Of a stretch of DNA of 64,000 bases, positions 1 through 13,568 are shown piece after piece. The notes beneath the pieces are model-generated. The model did no database searches and was not told the origin of the DNA. It saw only the letters and a program-made list of their open reading frames with translations. The position numbers were made by a program, and so were the translations under genes. The first letter of the stretch is position 1; every line of letters starts with the position of its first letter. Origin of the DNA: an uncultured Acidobacteriota bacterium (GTDB lineage: Bacteria; Acidobacteriota; Polarisedimenticolia; J045); assembly GCA_963702425.1 (NCBI GenBank), contig CAVPCQ010000025.1, forward strand, positions 1-64,000, read 5' to 3'.

Positions 1-758
1 TCCCCTCTGACACCGAAGTTGCTGTCGCTCCTTCCCCACGCTCCAATGCCGTCAATAGACCTTGCGACGATCCCGTTGGCGCTGCTGTTGGCCGTGAAGC
101 TGCCGGCCTGCGCAGCTCCCGTGAGTTCCACGCTGGTGCCCGTTTCGTAGCTCACGAGCACCGCCGACGGTGCGGGGCCCGCGTTCCGGATGACCATTGC
201 CTGTCCCGCAAGCACGGTCGACCCGACGTCGAGCTGCCCGGGTTTCCCCTGATAGGCACTGCTCGTATCGAGGAAGTCGCTTGCCGCGCGCCCACCGAGC
301 GCGTTGGAGTCCTGTGCGACCTGCGCGTTCTGCGCGTTTTGCGCGCTCTGCGCGTAGGCTGACGAAACGACGCGCGTGCGCGGTGTCAGCGTTTCCGTGC
401 CGATCGTGATCTGCACGTAGACGGCGCTGTAGTCGCGGAACAGGTCCGACAGCCTGGTGTAGGTGCCTGCTCCGCTACCGTCGGTGACGACGCCGCCGCC
501 GAGCTGCGTGTCGAACAGGCCGCCGCTGACCGTGACGGGATTCGCGTCGGCGGCGCGGTGCGCGTCGATCATGATCTCGGTCCCCGCGGTGGCGGCGTCG
601 AAGAAGGTGAACGTCATGTCGTAGCTGCCGGACAGCGGCGCGTCGTTGGAGCCCCGCAGGACGCCCTGGTAGTTGATCAGTGCCGGCGGCGAGGCGGCCA
701 GCGCGGCTGTCGCCGCGACGACCCCTACAACGAATGAGCTGAGCGTCGAACGTCGCAT
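1..758 (-). CDS. Exported NYQG-type fibre-like protein, paralog 3 (3' end beyond window start)
   Basis: Not in the ORF track because it is truncated. Manual minus-strand reading from ATG 758 (GAGGA RBS) gives MRRSTLSSFVVGVVAATAALAASPPALINYQGVLRGSNDAPLSGSYDMTFTFFDAATAGTEIMIDAH..., nearly the same N-terminus as the genes at 1333-3468 and 3519-5639. Confidence 0.85.
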   Translation of the reverse strand, partial: MRRSTLSSFVVGVVAATAALAASPPALINYQGVLRGSNDAPLSGSYDMTFTFFDAATAGTEIMIDAHRAADANPVTVSGGLFDTQLGGGVVTDGSGAGTYTRLSDLFRDYSAVYVQITIGTETLTPRTRVVSSAYAQSAQNAQNAQVAQDSNALGGRAASDFLDTSSAYQGKPGQLDVGSTVLAGQAMVIRNAGPAPSAVLVSYETGTSVELTGAAQAGSFTANSSANGIVARSIDGIGAWGRSDSNFGVRG

Positions 759-772
759 GAGAGTTCCTCGGA

Positions 773-1336
773 TCATGGACAGGGATTGGTGTTGGTGCGG
801 ATGGAACCGTTGGACCGCGTCCCCTTGGTTCCCTCCTCGCCCAGGCGGTTGCGCGCCGTCACGAGGTAGAAGTAGCCCGTTCCGCTGCTCGGGGCCTGCG
901 TGTCGGGGGCGGTCGCACTCGCCAGGTTCGCCGCAAAGCACGCGCCCCACGTGCCCGGCAGCGAAGAGATCAGGCCGCGATACAGCTCGTACTTGCCGAT
1001 CGATGGCTCCGGGTTCCAGACCAGCGTGGTCCGGTTGGAAAAGCGCAGGCCGAGCGTCTCACCGGGCGGGCGGTAGGCCGAAACGAAGGCGCTGTCCATG
1101 CGGTACGAGCTGCTGGACGCGCCGATGCCGACTGACGCCTCGCCGATCGAATCGAGCCTGATCCGATAGCTTGCCGAGCTGGGCAGGCTGCCTTGCAGCG
1201 GGTTACCGCCGGCGTTGATCACCGCCTCCTGCAGCTTGAAGCTGGCGCTGGTCTGGGCCGAGGCAGTCGAAAGCGCGGCAGCGAGGCTCGCCATCGCCAC
1301 CAGCAGTGCGTGTCGTCGCGTCATCAGGCACCTCAT
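773..1336 (-). CDS. Small secreted protein with a Ser/Gly-rich beta N-domain and a C-terminal FN3-like domain ending in PCP
   Basis: Signal peptide RRHALLVAMASLAAALSTASA; C-terminal LVW..YELYRG..C..YFYLVTARN..GEEGTKG..PCP. ATGA overlap with the upstream gene; the true start may be the internal Met of MTRR. Confidence 0.8.
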   Translation of the reverse strand: MRCLMTRRHALLVAMASLAAALSTASAQTSASFKLQEAVINAGGNPLQGSLPSSASYRIRLDSIGEASVGIGASSSSYRMDSAFVSAYRPPGETLGLRFSNRTTLVWNPEPSIGKYELYRGLISSLPGTWGACFAANLASATAPDTQAPSSGTGYFYLVTARNRLGEEGTKGTRSNGSIRTNTNPCP

Positions 1337-3468
1337 CGGGACATCACGAGCACGCGGATCGTGCCGCTGCCGTTGGGAAGAGCTTCGAGAGCCTTGGCTA
1401 CCACCGTGCCCGCACGCGCGCCCTCCGGCGCCTTCATCGCATGGCCGGGCAGCGGAGAGGAGACGAGCAGGTCACCGGCTTCGATCGGCGCCACGCTCGC
1501 ATCGGCGTGGCACAACGTCGCGACGCCCGCGAACGCCACGGGCGCCTGGTCCGAGAAGCGCTGTCCCGGTGCCCCTGCGACGATCCCGTAGACCAGCGCG
1601 TCGCCGGCCAGCGAACTGCGCAGCAGTCGCCCGTCCGAGGCGACCGCGAGGAGATCACCAGCCTCGGCGCTCTCACCGATCGCGACCAGCTGACTTCCGC
1701 TCGGTGGCATCTGTTCGACGACGGACCCTGTCAGCCTCGGACGGGTTTCCGCGGGCGACGCGACGTCGTCTGCCATGCGCGGTGGTTCGGGTCGTTCGGC
1801 ATTCCGTTTGCGCGCAATCGCCTCTCTGCGCGCGGTCCCCTCCTCGTAATCAGGCGGCGCGACGCGCTTGAAGTCGCGCGCCTTGTCATAGACGCCGATC
1901 GCGTTCTCGAGCGTCAGTGAGCGCTGTACTTCGACAGCCCTCGCCAGCGGCTCAACCTGCGCGCGCTCCGCCAGATGGCGTTGCCGGGCGGCGAAGCTGC
2001 GCAGTTCCGGATGCGCGGCGTAGATCGCGTCGTCCGGCGAGCGCGAGGGGATGTACGCCTCGTGCACTTTCGGCTGCACGACGGCCTTGTCCTCGAAGCC
2101 GATCCGGAGCGCCCAGACCTGGTAGTCGAACGTGACATCGTTCGCCTGCGGATCGCGGCTGCGAACGACCAGTTCCTCGGTCGACTTCGAGACAACGTAG
2201 AGGTCGGCCCAGGCACCGGTCGGCGTCAGCTGTGCGGTGATGCCCAAGTCAGGATTCGCGACTTTGCGGAATGTCGGACCGAGCGCGACGCGCGCCTCGC
2301 CATCCACGAGTCTCGCCGAACCGCGCGTGTAGACCGCGACTTCATCCCCCTCGGGTGCAGCGTAGACGATCACCTGCGATGCATCGTCGGGATCGTTCTG
2401 GACGAAGCTGACGGCGCCGGTGCCCTGGATTTTGTAACCCGCCTTGCCGACCGCCGCGTAGCTTCCGGCGGTGAAATCCTGGAACCAGCCGGGGTTCTCA
2501 CCGGGAACGTAGGTGTACGCCGCGACGGCGGTACCGCCGTACGCGAGCCGGGCGACGACAGAGGACTGTGTCGACCGGAATTCCCCTCCGGCGAAGGCGC
2601 CGTCGCCGTACACCCCGACATCCCCAGAGCCGAGGCTCGCGTAGCCGCCGTTGTTTGAGTCCAAGAAAAACCCGCCACCGACGAGACCCACTCCCACCAC
2701 CCCCCAGCTCAACTCGCTGTCCCCGCGAACGCCAGTTCCCGTGGTGCTCCCTCCGCGGACTCCGAAACCGTCAACCGCGGCGGCGAGAACCCCGCCGGCG
2801 GCGCCACCCGAGACGAACTTCGCGGCCTGATCCGTTCCCGCAAGTTCCACGAGTGCTCCGGAGTTTGCGCTCGAGAAGATCGCGGCGGGGTCTGCACTCC
2901 CGTTCTGGACGAGCAGCGCGCGACTCTGAAGTCCGCCCGAGCCGATATCGAGCCGCCCTGACTTCGACTGGAAACTGCTGCTCGTATCGACGAACTGACT
3001 CGCGGGGAGTCCGTTCAGCGCGTTCGAATCCTGCGCGACCTGCGCGTTCTGTGCGCTCTGCGCGTACGCCGCGGCGACGATCCGCGTCCGCGGGTTCAGC
3101 GTCTCCGTTCCGATCTTGATCTGCACGTAGACGGTGCTGTAGTCGCGGAACAGCTGCGCCACGCTGGTGTAGGTGCCCGCTCCGCTGCCGTCCGTGACGA
3201 CGCCGCCACCGAGCTGGGTGTTGAACAGTCCGCCGCTGACGGTGACGGCATTCGCTTCGGCCGCGCGGTGCGCGTCGATCATGATCTCCGTTCCGGCAGA
3301 GGCGGCGTCGTAGAAGGTGAACGTGATGTCGTAGCTGCCCGTCAGCGGCGCGTCGTTCGCGCCGCGCAGCACGCCTTGGTAGTTGATCAGGCTCGGCGGC
3401 GAGGCGGCCAATGCGGAGGCCGTCGCGACGATTCCCACGACAAGAGAGCTGAGGCGAGACAGACGCAT
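1333..3468 (-). CDS. Exported NYQG-type fibre-like protein, paralog 2 (Gly-rich beta-helix-like shaft, chaperone-like C-terminus)
   Basis: ORF 1333..3522, probable start ATG 3468 after GAGGA. Signal peptide, NYQG domain, GVxG/GGxF repeats, then FVQNDP..YAAPEG..VYTRG and terminal PIEAGDLLVSS..PGHAMKA..GTVVAKALE segments. Confidence 0.85.
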   Translation of the reverse strand: MRLSRLSSLVVGIVATASALAASPPSLINYQGVLRGANDAPLTGSYDITFTFYDAASAGTEIMIDAHRAAEANAVTVSGGLFNTQLGGGVVTDGSGAGTYTSVAQLFRDYSTVYVQIKIGTETLNPRTRIVAAAYAQSAQNAQVAQDSNALNGLPASQFVDTSSSFQSKSGRLDIGSGGLQSRALLVQNGSADPAAIFSSANSGALVELAGTDQAAKFVSGGAAGGVLAAAVDGFGVRGGSTTGTGVRGDSELSWGVVGVGLVGGGFFLDSNNGGYASLGSGDVGVYGDGAFAGGEFRSTQSSVVARLAYGGTAVAAYTYVPGENPGWFQDFTAGSYAAVGKAGYKIQGTGAVSFVQNDPDDASQVIVYAAPEGDEVAVYTRGSARLVDGEARVALGPTFRKVANPDLGITAQLTPTGAWADLYVVSKSTEELVVRSRDPQANDVTFDYQVWALRIGFEDKAVVQPKVHEAYIPSRSPDDAIYAAHPELRSFAARQRHLAERAQVEPLARAVEVQRSLTLENAIGVYDKARDFKRVAPPDYEEGTARREAIARKRNAERPEPPRMADDVASPAETRPRLTGSVVEQMPPSGSQLVAIGESAEAGDLLAVASDGRLLRSSLAGDALVYGIVAGAPGQRFSDQAPVAFAGVATLCHADASVAPIEAGDLLVSSPLPGHAMKAPEGARAGTVVAKALEALPNGSGTIRVLVMSR

Positions 3469-3518
3469 ACTCATTCCTCGTATGGAAGAGAGGGGGTGGT
3501 CGTGGCTCGCGAGGTTCC

Positions 3519-5639
3519 TCATCGGGACATCACGAGCACGCGGATCGTGCCGATGCCGTTGGGAAGAGCTTCGAGCGCCTTGGCCACCACCGAACCCGCG
3601 CGCGTGCCCTCCGGCGCCTTCATGGCGTGGCCGAGCAAAGGCGAAGAGGTGAGCAGGTCACCGGCTGCGATCGGTGCGGCGCTCGCATCGACACGGCACA
3701 ACGTCGCCACCCCCGCGAGTGCCACCGGGGCTTGGTCCGAGAACCGCTGTCCCGTGGTTCCTGCGACGATGCCGTACACCAGCGCATCGCCGCCAACCGA
3801 GCTGCGGAGCAGGAGTCCGTCCGAGGCGAGGACGAGCAGGTCACCCGCCTCGACGCTCTCACCGACAGCGACCCACTGGCTGAGAACCGGCAGTGGAGGT
3901 TCGACGACAGCCTCCGGGAGACGCGGGCGGGCGGCTGCGCGTGCCGCCGCGTCGCGCGCCTCGAGCGGCGGTTCAGGTCGACTGGCATTCCGTTCGCGCG
4001 CAATCGCCCCATTGCGCGCGGTCTCGGCTTCGTAATCAGGCGGCGCGACGCGCTTGAAGTCCCGCGCCTTGTCATAGACCCCAATCGCGTTCTCGAGTGT
4101 CCGCGAGCGCTGTGTTTCGACAGCCTTCGCCAGCGGCTCGACCTGCGCGCGCTCTGCCAGATGGCGTTGGCGGGCGGCGAAGCTGCGAAGTTCCGGATGC
4201 TTGGCGTAGATCGTGTCGTCCGGCGAGCGCGAGGGGATGAACGCCTCGTGCAGCTTCGGCTGGACGACGGCCTTGTCCTCGAAGCCGATCCGGAGCGCCC
4301 AGACCTGGTAGTCGAAGGTGACGTCGTCCGCCTGCGGATCGCGGCTGCGGACGACCAGTTCCTCGGTCGACTTCGAGAGGACGTACAGGTCGGCCCAGGC
4401 ACCGGTCGGTGTCAGCTGTGCGGTGATGCCCAGATCCGGATTCGCGACCTTGCGGAACGTCGGGCCCAGCGCGACGCGTGCCTCGCCATCCACGAGTTTC
4501 GCCGAGCCGCGCGTGTAGACCGCGACTTCGTCCCCCTCCGGCGCCGCGTAGACGATCACGCGCGATGCGTCGTCAGGGTCGTTCTGCTCGAAGCTGACGG
4601 CGCCGCTGCCCCGGATCTTGTAACCCGCCTGGCCTACGGCGGCGTAGCTCCCGGCGCTCAGATCCTCGAACCAGCCGGGGTTGTCACCGGCGGTCACGGA
4701 GTAGGCCGCGATACCGGTGCGCTGGTACGCGAGAAAGGCGTATGCGCTCGACGAGGTGGTTCTGAACTCCGCACCCGCGCCGTTCCCAGTGCCAACGACC
4801 CCCGTATCACCTCTCGCGACTGCCGCCCAACTCGTGTTGTCTGAGTCTTCGAACCAACCGCCGCCGAGGACACCGTACCCCGCCACCCCATAGTCCCTCC
4901 CGCTGTGCCCTGCAACGCCAGCGCCAGCGGTGCTATTTCCGCTGACTCCGAAGCCGTCAGCCGCGGTGGCGAGAACCCCGTCGGCGGCGCCACCCGACAC
5001 GAACTTCGCCGCCTGACCCGTTCCCGCAAGTTCCACGAGTGATCCAGAGCTCGCGCTCGAGAAGATCGCGGCGGGATCTGCACTCCCGTTCTGGACGACC
5101 AGCGCGCGGCTCTGAAGTGCGCCCGAGCCAATATCGAGCCGCCCTGACTTCGACTGGACACTGCTGCTCGTATCGATGAACTGACTCGCGGTGCGTCCAC
5201 TCAACGCGTTCGAATCCTGCGCGACCTGCGCGTTCTGCGCGTAGGCGGCGGAAGCGACCCGCGTGCGCGGACTCAGCGTCTCCGTTCCGATCCTGATCTG
5301 GATGTAGACGGCGCTGTAGTCGCGGAAGACCTGCGAGAGGCTGGTGTAGGTGCCCGCACCGCTGCCGTCCGTGACGACGCCGCCACCGAGCTGAGTGTTG
5401 AACAGTCCGCCGCTGACGGTGACGGCATTCGCTTCGGCCGCGCGGTGCGCGTCGATCATGATCTCCGTTCCGGCAGTGGCGGCGTCGTAGAAAGTGAACG
5501 TGATGTCGTAGCTGCCCGTCAGCGGCGCGTCGTTCGAGCCGCGCAGCACGCCCTGGTAGTTGACCAGGCTCGGCGGCGAGGCGGCCAGCGCCGCGGTGCC
5601 ACAGAGTGACGACAGGAACAGAAGGGAAGACAGGCGCAT
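3519..5639 (-). CDS. Exported NYQG-type fibre-like protein, paralog 1
   Basis: 706-aa ORF with GGAG RBS and signal peptide; same architecture as 1333-3468, with near-identical N- and C-terminal regions. Confidence 0.88.
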   Translation of the reverse strand: MRLSSLLFLSSLCGTAALAASPPSLVNYQGVLRGSNDAPLTGSYDITFTFYDAATAGTEIMIDAHRAAEANAVTVSGGLFNTQLGGGVVTDGSGAGTYTSLSQVFRDYSAVYIQIRIGTETLSPRTRVASAAYAQNAQVAQDSNALSGRTASQFIDTSSSVQSKSGRLDIGSGALQSRALVVQNGSADPAAIFSSASSGSLVELAGTGQAAKFVSGGAADGVLATAADGFGVSGNSTAGAGVAGHSGRDYGVAGYGVLGGGWFEDSDNTSWAAVARGDTGVVGTGNGAGAEFRTTSSSAYAFLAYQRTGIAAYSVTAGDNPGWFEDLSAGSYAAVGQAGYKIRGSGAVSFEQNDPDDASRVIVYAAPEGDEVAVYTRGSAKLVDGEARVALGPTFRKVANPDLGITAQLTPTGAWADLYVLSKSTEELVVRSRDPQADDVTFDYQVWALRIGFEDKAVVQPKLHEAFIPSRSPDDTIYAKHPELRSFAARQRHLAERAQVEPLAKAVETQRSRTLENAIGVYDKARDFKRVAPPDYEAETARNGAIARERNASRPEPPLEARDAAARAAARPRLPEAVVEPPLPVLSQWVAVGESVEAGDLLVLASDGLLLRSSVGGDALVYGIVAGTTGQRFSDQAPVALAGVATLCRVDASAAPIAAGDLLTSSPLLGHAMKAPEGTRAGSVVAKALEALPNGIGTIRVLVMSR

Positions 5640-5705
5640 GGGGTTCTCCGTCTCGGCGGCTGTCGCCGGCTGCGAGGAGTATTCGGGGGGCAGGGCCGGG
5701 GGGCA

Positions 5706-5721
5706 CTACGCGACCACGTAG
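5706..5721. promoter_or_regulatory. Candidate response-regulator operator CTACG-N6-CGTAG
   Basis: Perfect 5-bp inverted repeat in the divergent intergenic region between the fibre array and the two-component system. Confidence 0.35.
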
Positions 5722-5795
5722 CGAACGACGGCCAGCCGTGCCATTCCGGCCAAGCGGCTTGACCCGGCGCTTGGATCGACGAACACTCTGTCGCC

Positions 5796-8700
5796 GTGAC
5801 AGCCGCCCGCGCCGTTCTCATCGCCGTCGTGCTCTTGCTGGGCTTCGGGCCGGCGCGGGGCGAACGCCTGCCGATCAGCCACTGGTCGATGGTCGACGGG
5901 CTGCCGAGCAACACGGTCGGGGCGACCACCCAGGACCGGCGCGGTTTTCTCTGGATCGCAACGGCCGAAGGGCTTTCGCGCTTCGACGGCAGGCAGTTCG
6001 TGAATTACGGCACGGCGGAGGGTCTGCCCGGCGAACGCGTGGTCAGCCTCAGGATCGACCGAGACCAGCGCCTGTGGGTCGGAACGATGACCGGACTCGC
6101 GGTGGCCGATCTGGAGCGGTCGCCGATCGAAGGGCCACCGTTCTCCGCGATCGCCGCGCCTTTTCCGGCGGATACCGGCGTGTTGACGATCGCGGAGTCG
6201 CCCGACGGGACGCTCTGGTTCGGGACATCGCGCGGGCTCTATCGACTCGCGCCGGATGCCGCTCCATCGTCGATCGCGAAGGTCGACCTCTCGGCGTTCT
6301 TCCAGCAGCCGGACCTCGCGATCAACCGGCTCGCCGCCGGCCCCGCGGGTGACCTCCTGCTCTACGGCGCGCAGCGCGAACCCGCCCTGCTCCGGTTCGT
6401 CGCGATCGACGCGGGCGGGACGCTCCACGATCTGCCGACGCCGGCGCTCTCCCGCGGGACGGTGACGACCCTCGCGGCGGACGCCGACGGCGCCTTCTGG
6501 TTCGGCGTCGAACTGGCGACGATCTGCCGCACCTCGCTCCGCGAGCCGCAGGCCGAGACGTGCTGGCGGGTCGATCCCTGGCAGAACGGTGCGGTGATCG
6601 ACGCGATCACGTTCGACGGATCCTCGCGAGTGCAGATCGTCACGCGCAACGGCGTGGCCAGCGCGGCGCTCCCGCTGACGGATTCGTCCACGTGGAGCGT
6701 GATCGACAGCACCAACGGCCTGACCGCGGGGACCGCGAACTCCGCCGCGTTCGATCGTGACGAGACGCTCTGGATCGGAACCCCGGCCGGGCTTGCGGCG
6801 CTGCCGCGCGAGGGGTTCCTCGGCTTCGATGCCCTCGACGGTGTGCGCGATGCCAAGTTCACGAGTTTGTGCAGCCTCGACGACGGCCGCGTGCTGGCGC
6901 GCGGACGGGACTTCGACTGCTACCTCCTGAGTCCCGGTCAGCGCGCGCTGCGGCTCGAGGCCGCGCGGCCGCCCGACGTCGCACCGCCGTCCCGCACGGG
7001 CGCGCGCACGATGCTGCGGGCGCGCGACGGCTCCTTCTGGATGAGCAGCGAGTGGGGGCTTGCTGCACTGGCCGGCCATCGCCCCCGAGCGGCTCGCGAG
7101 CACGCAGCCCGAGCGGATCATCTTCGACACCGAGGACTCGGGCTGGGACCAGCTCTTCACGCTGTTCGAGGCTCGCGACGGGGGGATCTGGGTCGGCCGG
7201 ACGACGAGCCCGCCGACCGTCGGGCGCTACGATCCGCGGACACGCCGCTTCGAGGCCCCGGCGCCGGCCGACGTGCCGCCGGATGCCGTTCCCACCGACT
7301 TCGCCGAAACCGCGGGCGGCACGATCTGGGCGGGGGCGTACGGCGGGACGCTCTACCGCCGGCGCGGTGGCGCGTGGGACCGTCACGCGATCGTCCCGGG
7401 CGACAGCCGGGGCGTCGGGTTCCGCCTGCTGACCGATAGCGAAGGACGGCTGTGGGCAGCCACGACCGGCGTCGGCGTGGCGCGGTGCGACGATCCTGAA
7501 GCCGATCGGCCGCGCTTCCTGTTCCTGACCCGAAAGGACGGACTGGCCTCGGATCGGGTGTACGGGATGACCCAGGATCGTTTCGGGCGGCTCTACTTCG
7601 CGACGGACAGCGGGATCGACCGACTCACGCCGGCGAGCGGACGGATCGAGCATCTCGGACCGGACTTCGGGATGGACGCTCCTCCGGTCCGGACGATGCT
7701 CGCGACGGATGACGGCACGCTGTGGTTCGGCGGCATGGGACGTCTCTTCAAGCTGGAGCCGAGGGAGCCGCGTGATGTCGAGGCTCAGCCCGCCGTACTG
7801 AGCGCCCTGAGGATCGCGGGTCGCGGCGTGGCGTTGCCGCTCTCCGGATCCGATCGCCTGGAGCTCGGAGGCCTGGCCGTCGACGACAGGAACCTCGAGG
7901 TTCACTTCACGTCGCCGGCCCTGCTCGATTCCGGCGCCGTCAGTTATCAGGTGAGGTTCCAGAACGAGCCCGGCGAGTGGAGCGCGCCGAGCGCCGTCCC
8001 GGCGCTGCAGCTGGCGCAGCTTGCACCTGGCCGCTACGACTTGCAGGTGCGCGCGACCAGTCGAGACGGTACGCCCAGCTCCCGGCCGGCCACGCTGCGG
8101 TGGACCCTGCCCGCTCCCGTCTGGCAGCGCTGGTGGTTCCTGTGCGCCGTGGGCGCCGTCATCGCAGGCGTTCCCGCCCTGCTGGTGCGGCAGCGGGTCC
8201 GGCAGCTGCTCGCGGTCGAGCGCCTCCGCAGCCGGATCGCGGGCGACCTGCACGACGAGATCGGCGCGAGCCTGACGCACATCGCCCTGCTGAGCGACAT
8301 GACGAGGCGCCAGGCCGCCACGGGTCGCGCGGACACGGGGGCGGGACTCGACAAGATCGCGAGCGTCTCGCGCGAGCTGGTCGACTCGATGAGCGACATC
8401 GTGTGGTCGATCAACCCGAAGCGGGATCGGCTGAGCGATCTGATCGACAGGCTGCGCTGGTTCGCGACCGAGCTGGCGGAGCCGAAGGGGATCGCGGTGA
8501 AGCTGAACTCGGGCGAGGGGGAGGGCGATCTGAGCCTGAACCCCGACACCCGCCGGGCTCTCTACCTGATCAGCAAGGAAGCGATTCACAACGCGATCAA
8601 GCACTCCGGAGCACGATCGCTCGCACTCGACATCGAGCGCAAGGAGGGCGGAGTGCAGGCCCGGATCGCCGATGACGGGCAGGGTTTCGAAGCGATCGCG

Positions 8701-8853
8701 GTCGGCCAGGGGAACGGCTTGATCAGCATGCGCCAACGCGCCGCCGCGATCGGTGGTTCGCTGGAGGTGCTCTCGACGCCGGGGAAGGGGACCCGCGTCG
8801 TGCTTTTCGTGCCACTGCGGCCGGAATCCGTGCCGCGGACGCAGCGGGCGTGA
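5796..8853 (+). CDS. Beta-propeller (Reg_prop/Y_Y_Y) sensor histidine kinase, HisKA_3 type; apparent frameshift near 7060
   Basis: ORFs 5796..7439 and 7060..8853 join: signal peptide, DGLPSN..QD..GFLW propeller repeats, Y_Y_Y domain, [11 protein letters not shown]-box [39 protein letters not shown]. Confidence 0.9.
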
Positions 8854-9500
8854 GCGACAGCACGCCGCTCCGGGTGGCGGTCGTCGAAGACCGTCCCGAG
8901 TTGCGCTCACTGCTCCAGTCGCTGCTCGACTCCGAGCCCGGATTCCGGTGCGCCGGCACCTATGGGTCGATGGAAGCGGCGCTCTCGGCGCTACGCCAGG
9001 CCGAAGTCGATGTCGCGTTGATCGACATCGGCCTGCCCGGCATGAGCGGCATCGACGGGATCCGCCTGTTGCGCCAGATGCACCCGGAACTGCCGATGCT
9101 GGTGCTCTCGATCTATCACGACGACGAACGGATCTTCGAAGCGCTCTGCGCCGGCGCCTGTGGCTACCTTCTGAAGAACACGCCTCCCGAGAAGCTGATC
9201 GGGGCGCTTCGCGAAGCGAAGGCGGGGGGCTCGCCGATGACACCCGAGGTAGCGCGCAAGGTCGTCACCCTGTTCCGCGAGTTCCGCCCCCCGCCACGCG
9301 CCGACTACGATCTGACCCCTCACGAGCAGAGGATCCTGAAGCTGCTGGTCGAGGGCCACAGCTACAGGACGGCCGGGAAGGAACTCGAAGTCACGCCGCA
9401 CACGGTCTCGTTTCACCTTCGGCGGATCTACGAGAAGCTCGAGGTGCACTCGAAGAGCGAGGCGGTGGCCAAGGCCATCCGGGAGCGGTTGATCTCGTAA
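8850..9500 (+). CDS. NarL/LuxR-family DNA-binding response regulator
   Basis: REC domain (VVED, LIDIGLPGMSG, YLLK) plus LuxR HTH (LTPHEQRIL..TVSFHLRRIYEKL); GTGA overlap with the kinase. Confidence 0.95.
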   Translation: MSDSTPLRVAVVEDRPELRSLLQSLLDSEPGFRCAGTYGSMEAALSALRQAEVDVALIDIGLPGMSGIDGIRLLRQMHPELPMLVLSIYHDDERIFEALCAGACGYLLKNTPPEKLIGALREAKAGGSPMTPEVARKVVTLFREFRPPPRADYDLTPHEQRILKLLVEGHSYRTAGKELEVTPHTVSFHLRRIYEKLEVHSKSEAVAKAIRERLIS

Positions 9501-9575
9501 TTGGCGAGGGGATGCGTCGAGCGAACGGCGAAGTGGCGCCGAGCCGAGTGGACGCCGCCATCGGGGCCGCTGACG

Positions 9576-13224
<3,649 letters not shown>

Positions 13225-13568
13225 GAATCCTCCCGTTCCCATTGCACACCCGCGTATCGGCCGGGCAGGGGAGGAACCTGAGCCTCGGTGCCGCATTTTC
13301 GGGCGCGTTCGGACGTCTCGGCGCCCCCATGAACCCGTCGGCGGGAGTGGGCGCTCGGCCGGGAGGGTCCCGGGTAGCCGCGGGCTCGTCCGCCGGCCGT
13401 CGAGGGGCTGGTTACGCGAAAGCCGGCGTGAGTAAGCCCAACCGGTCAGCCGCGTCGGCCAGGGCGTGAGCTGCCGGCGGGGCCCCCCGGAAGGCGGCAA
13501 GAGCGAGGCGCGGGGCTGGTAGCCCCGCGCCGGGATGAAACGTGAAGGCCGAGTGAAACCGACCCTGC

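Noticed and set aside
1-5639. Prophage tail region or diversity-generating retroelement
   Set aside because: The proteins have Sec signal peptides; there are no phage genes or reverse transcriptase; differences between paralogs are not visibly adenine-specific.
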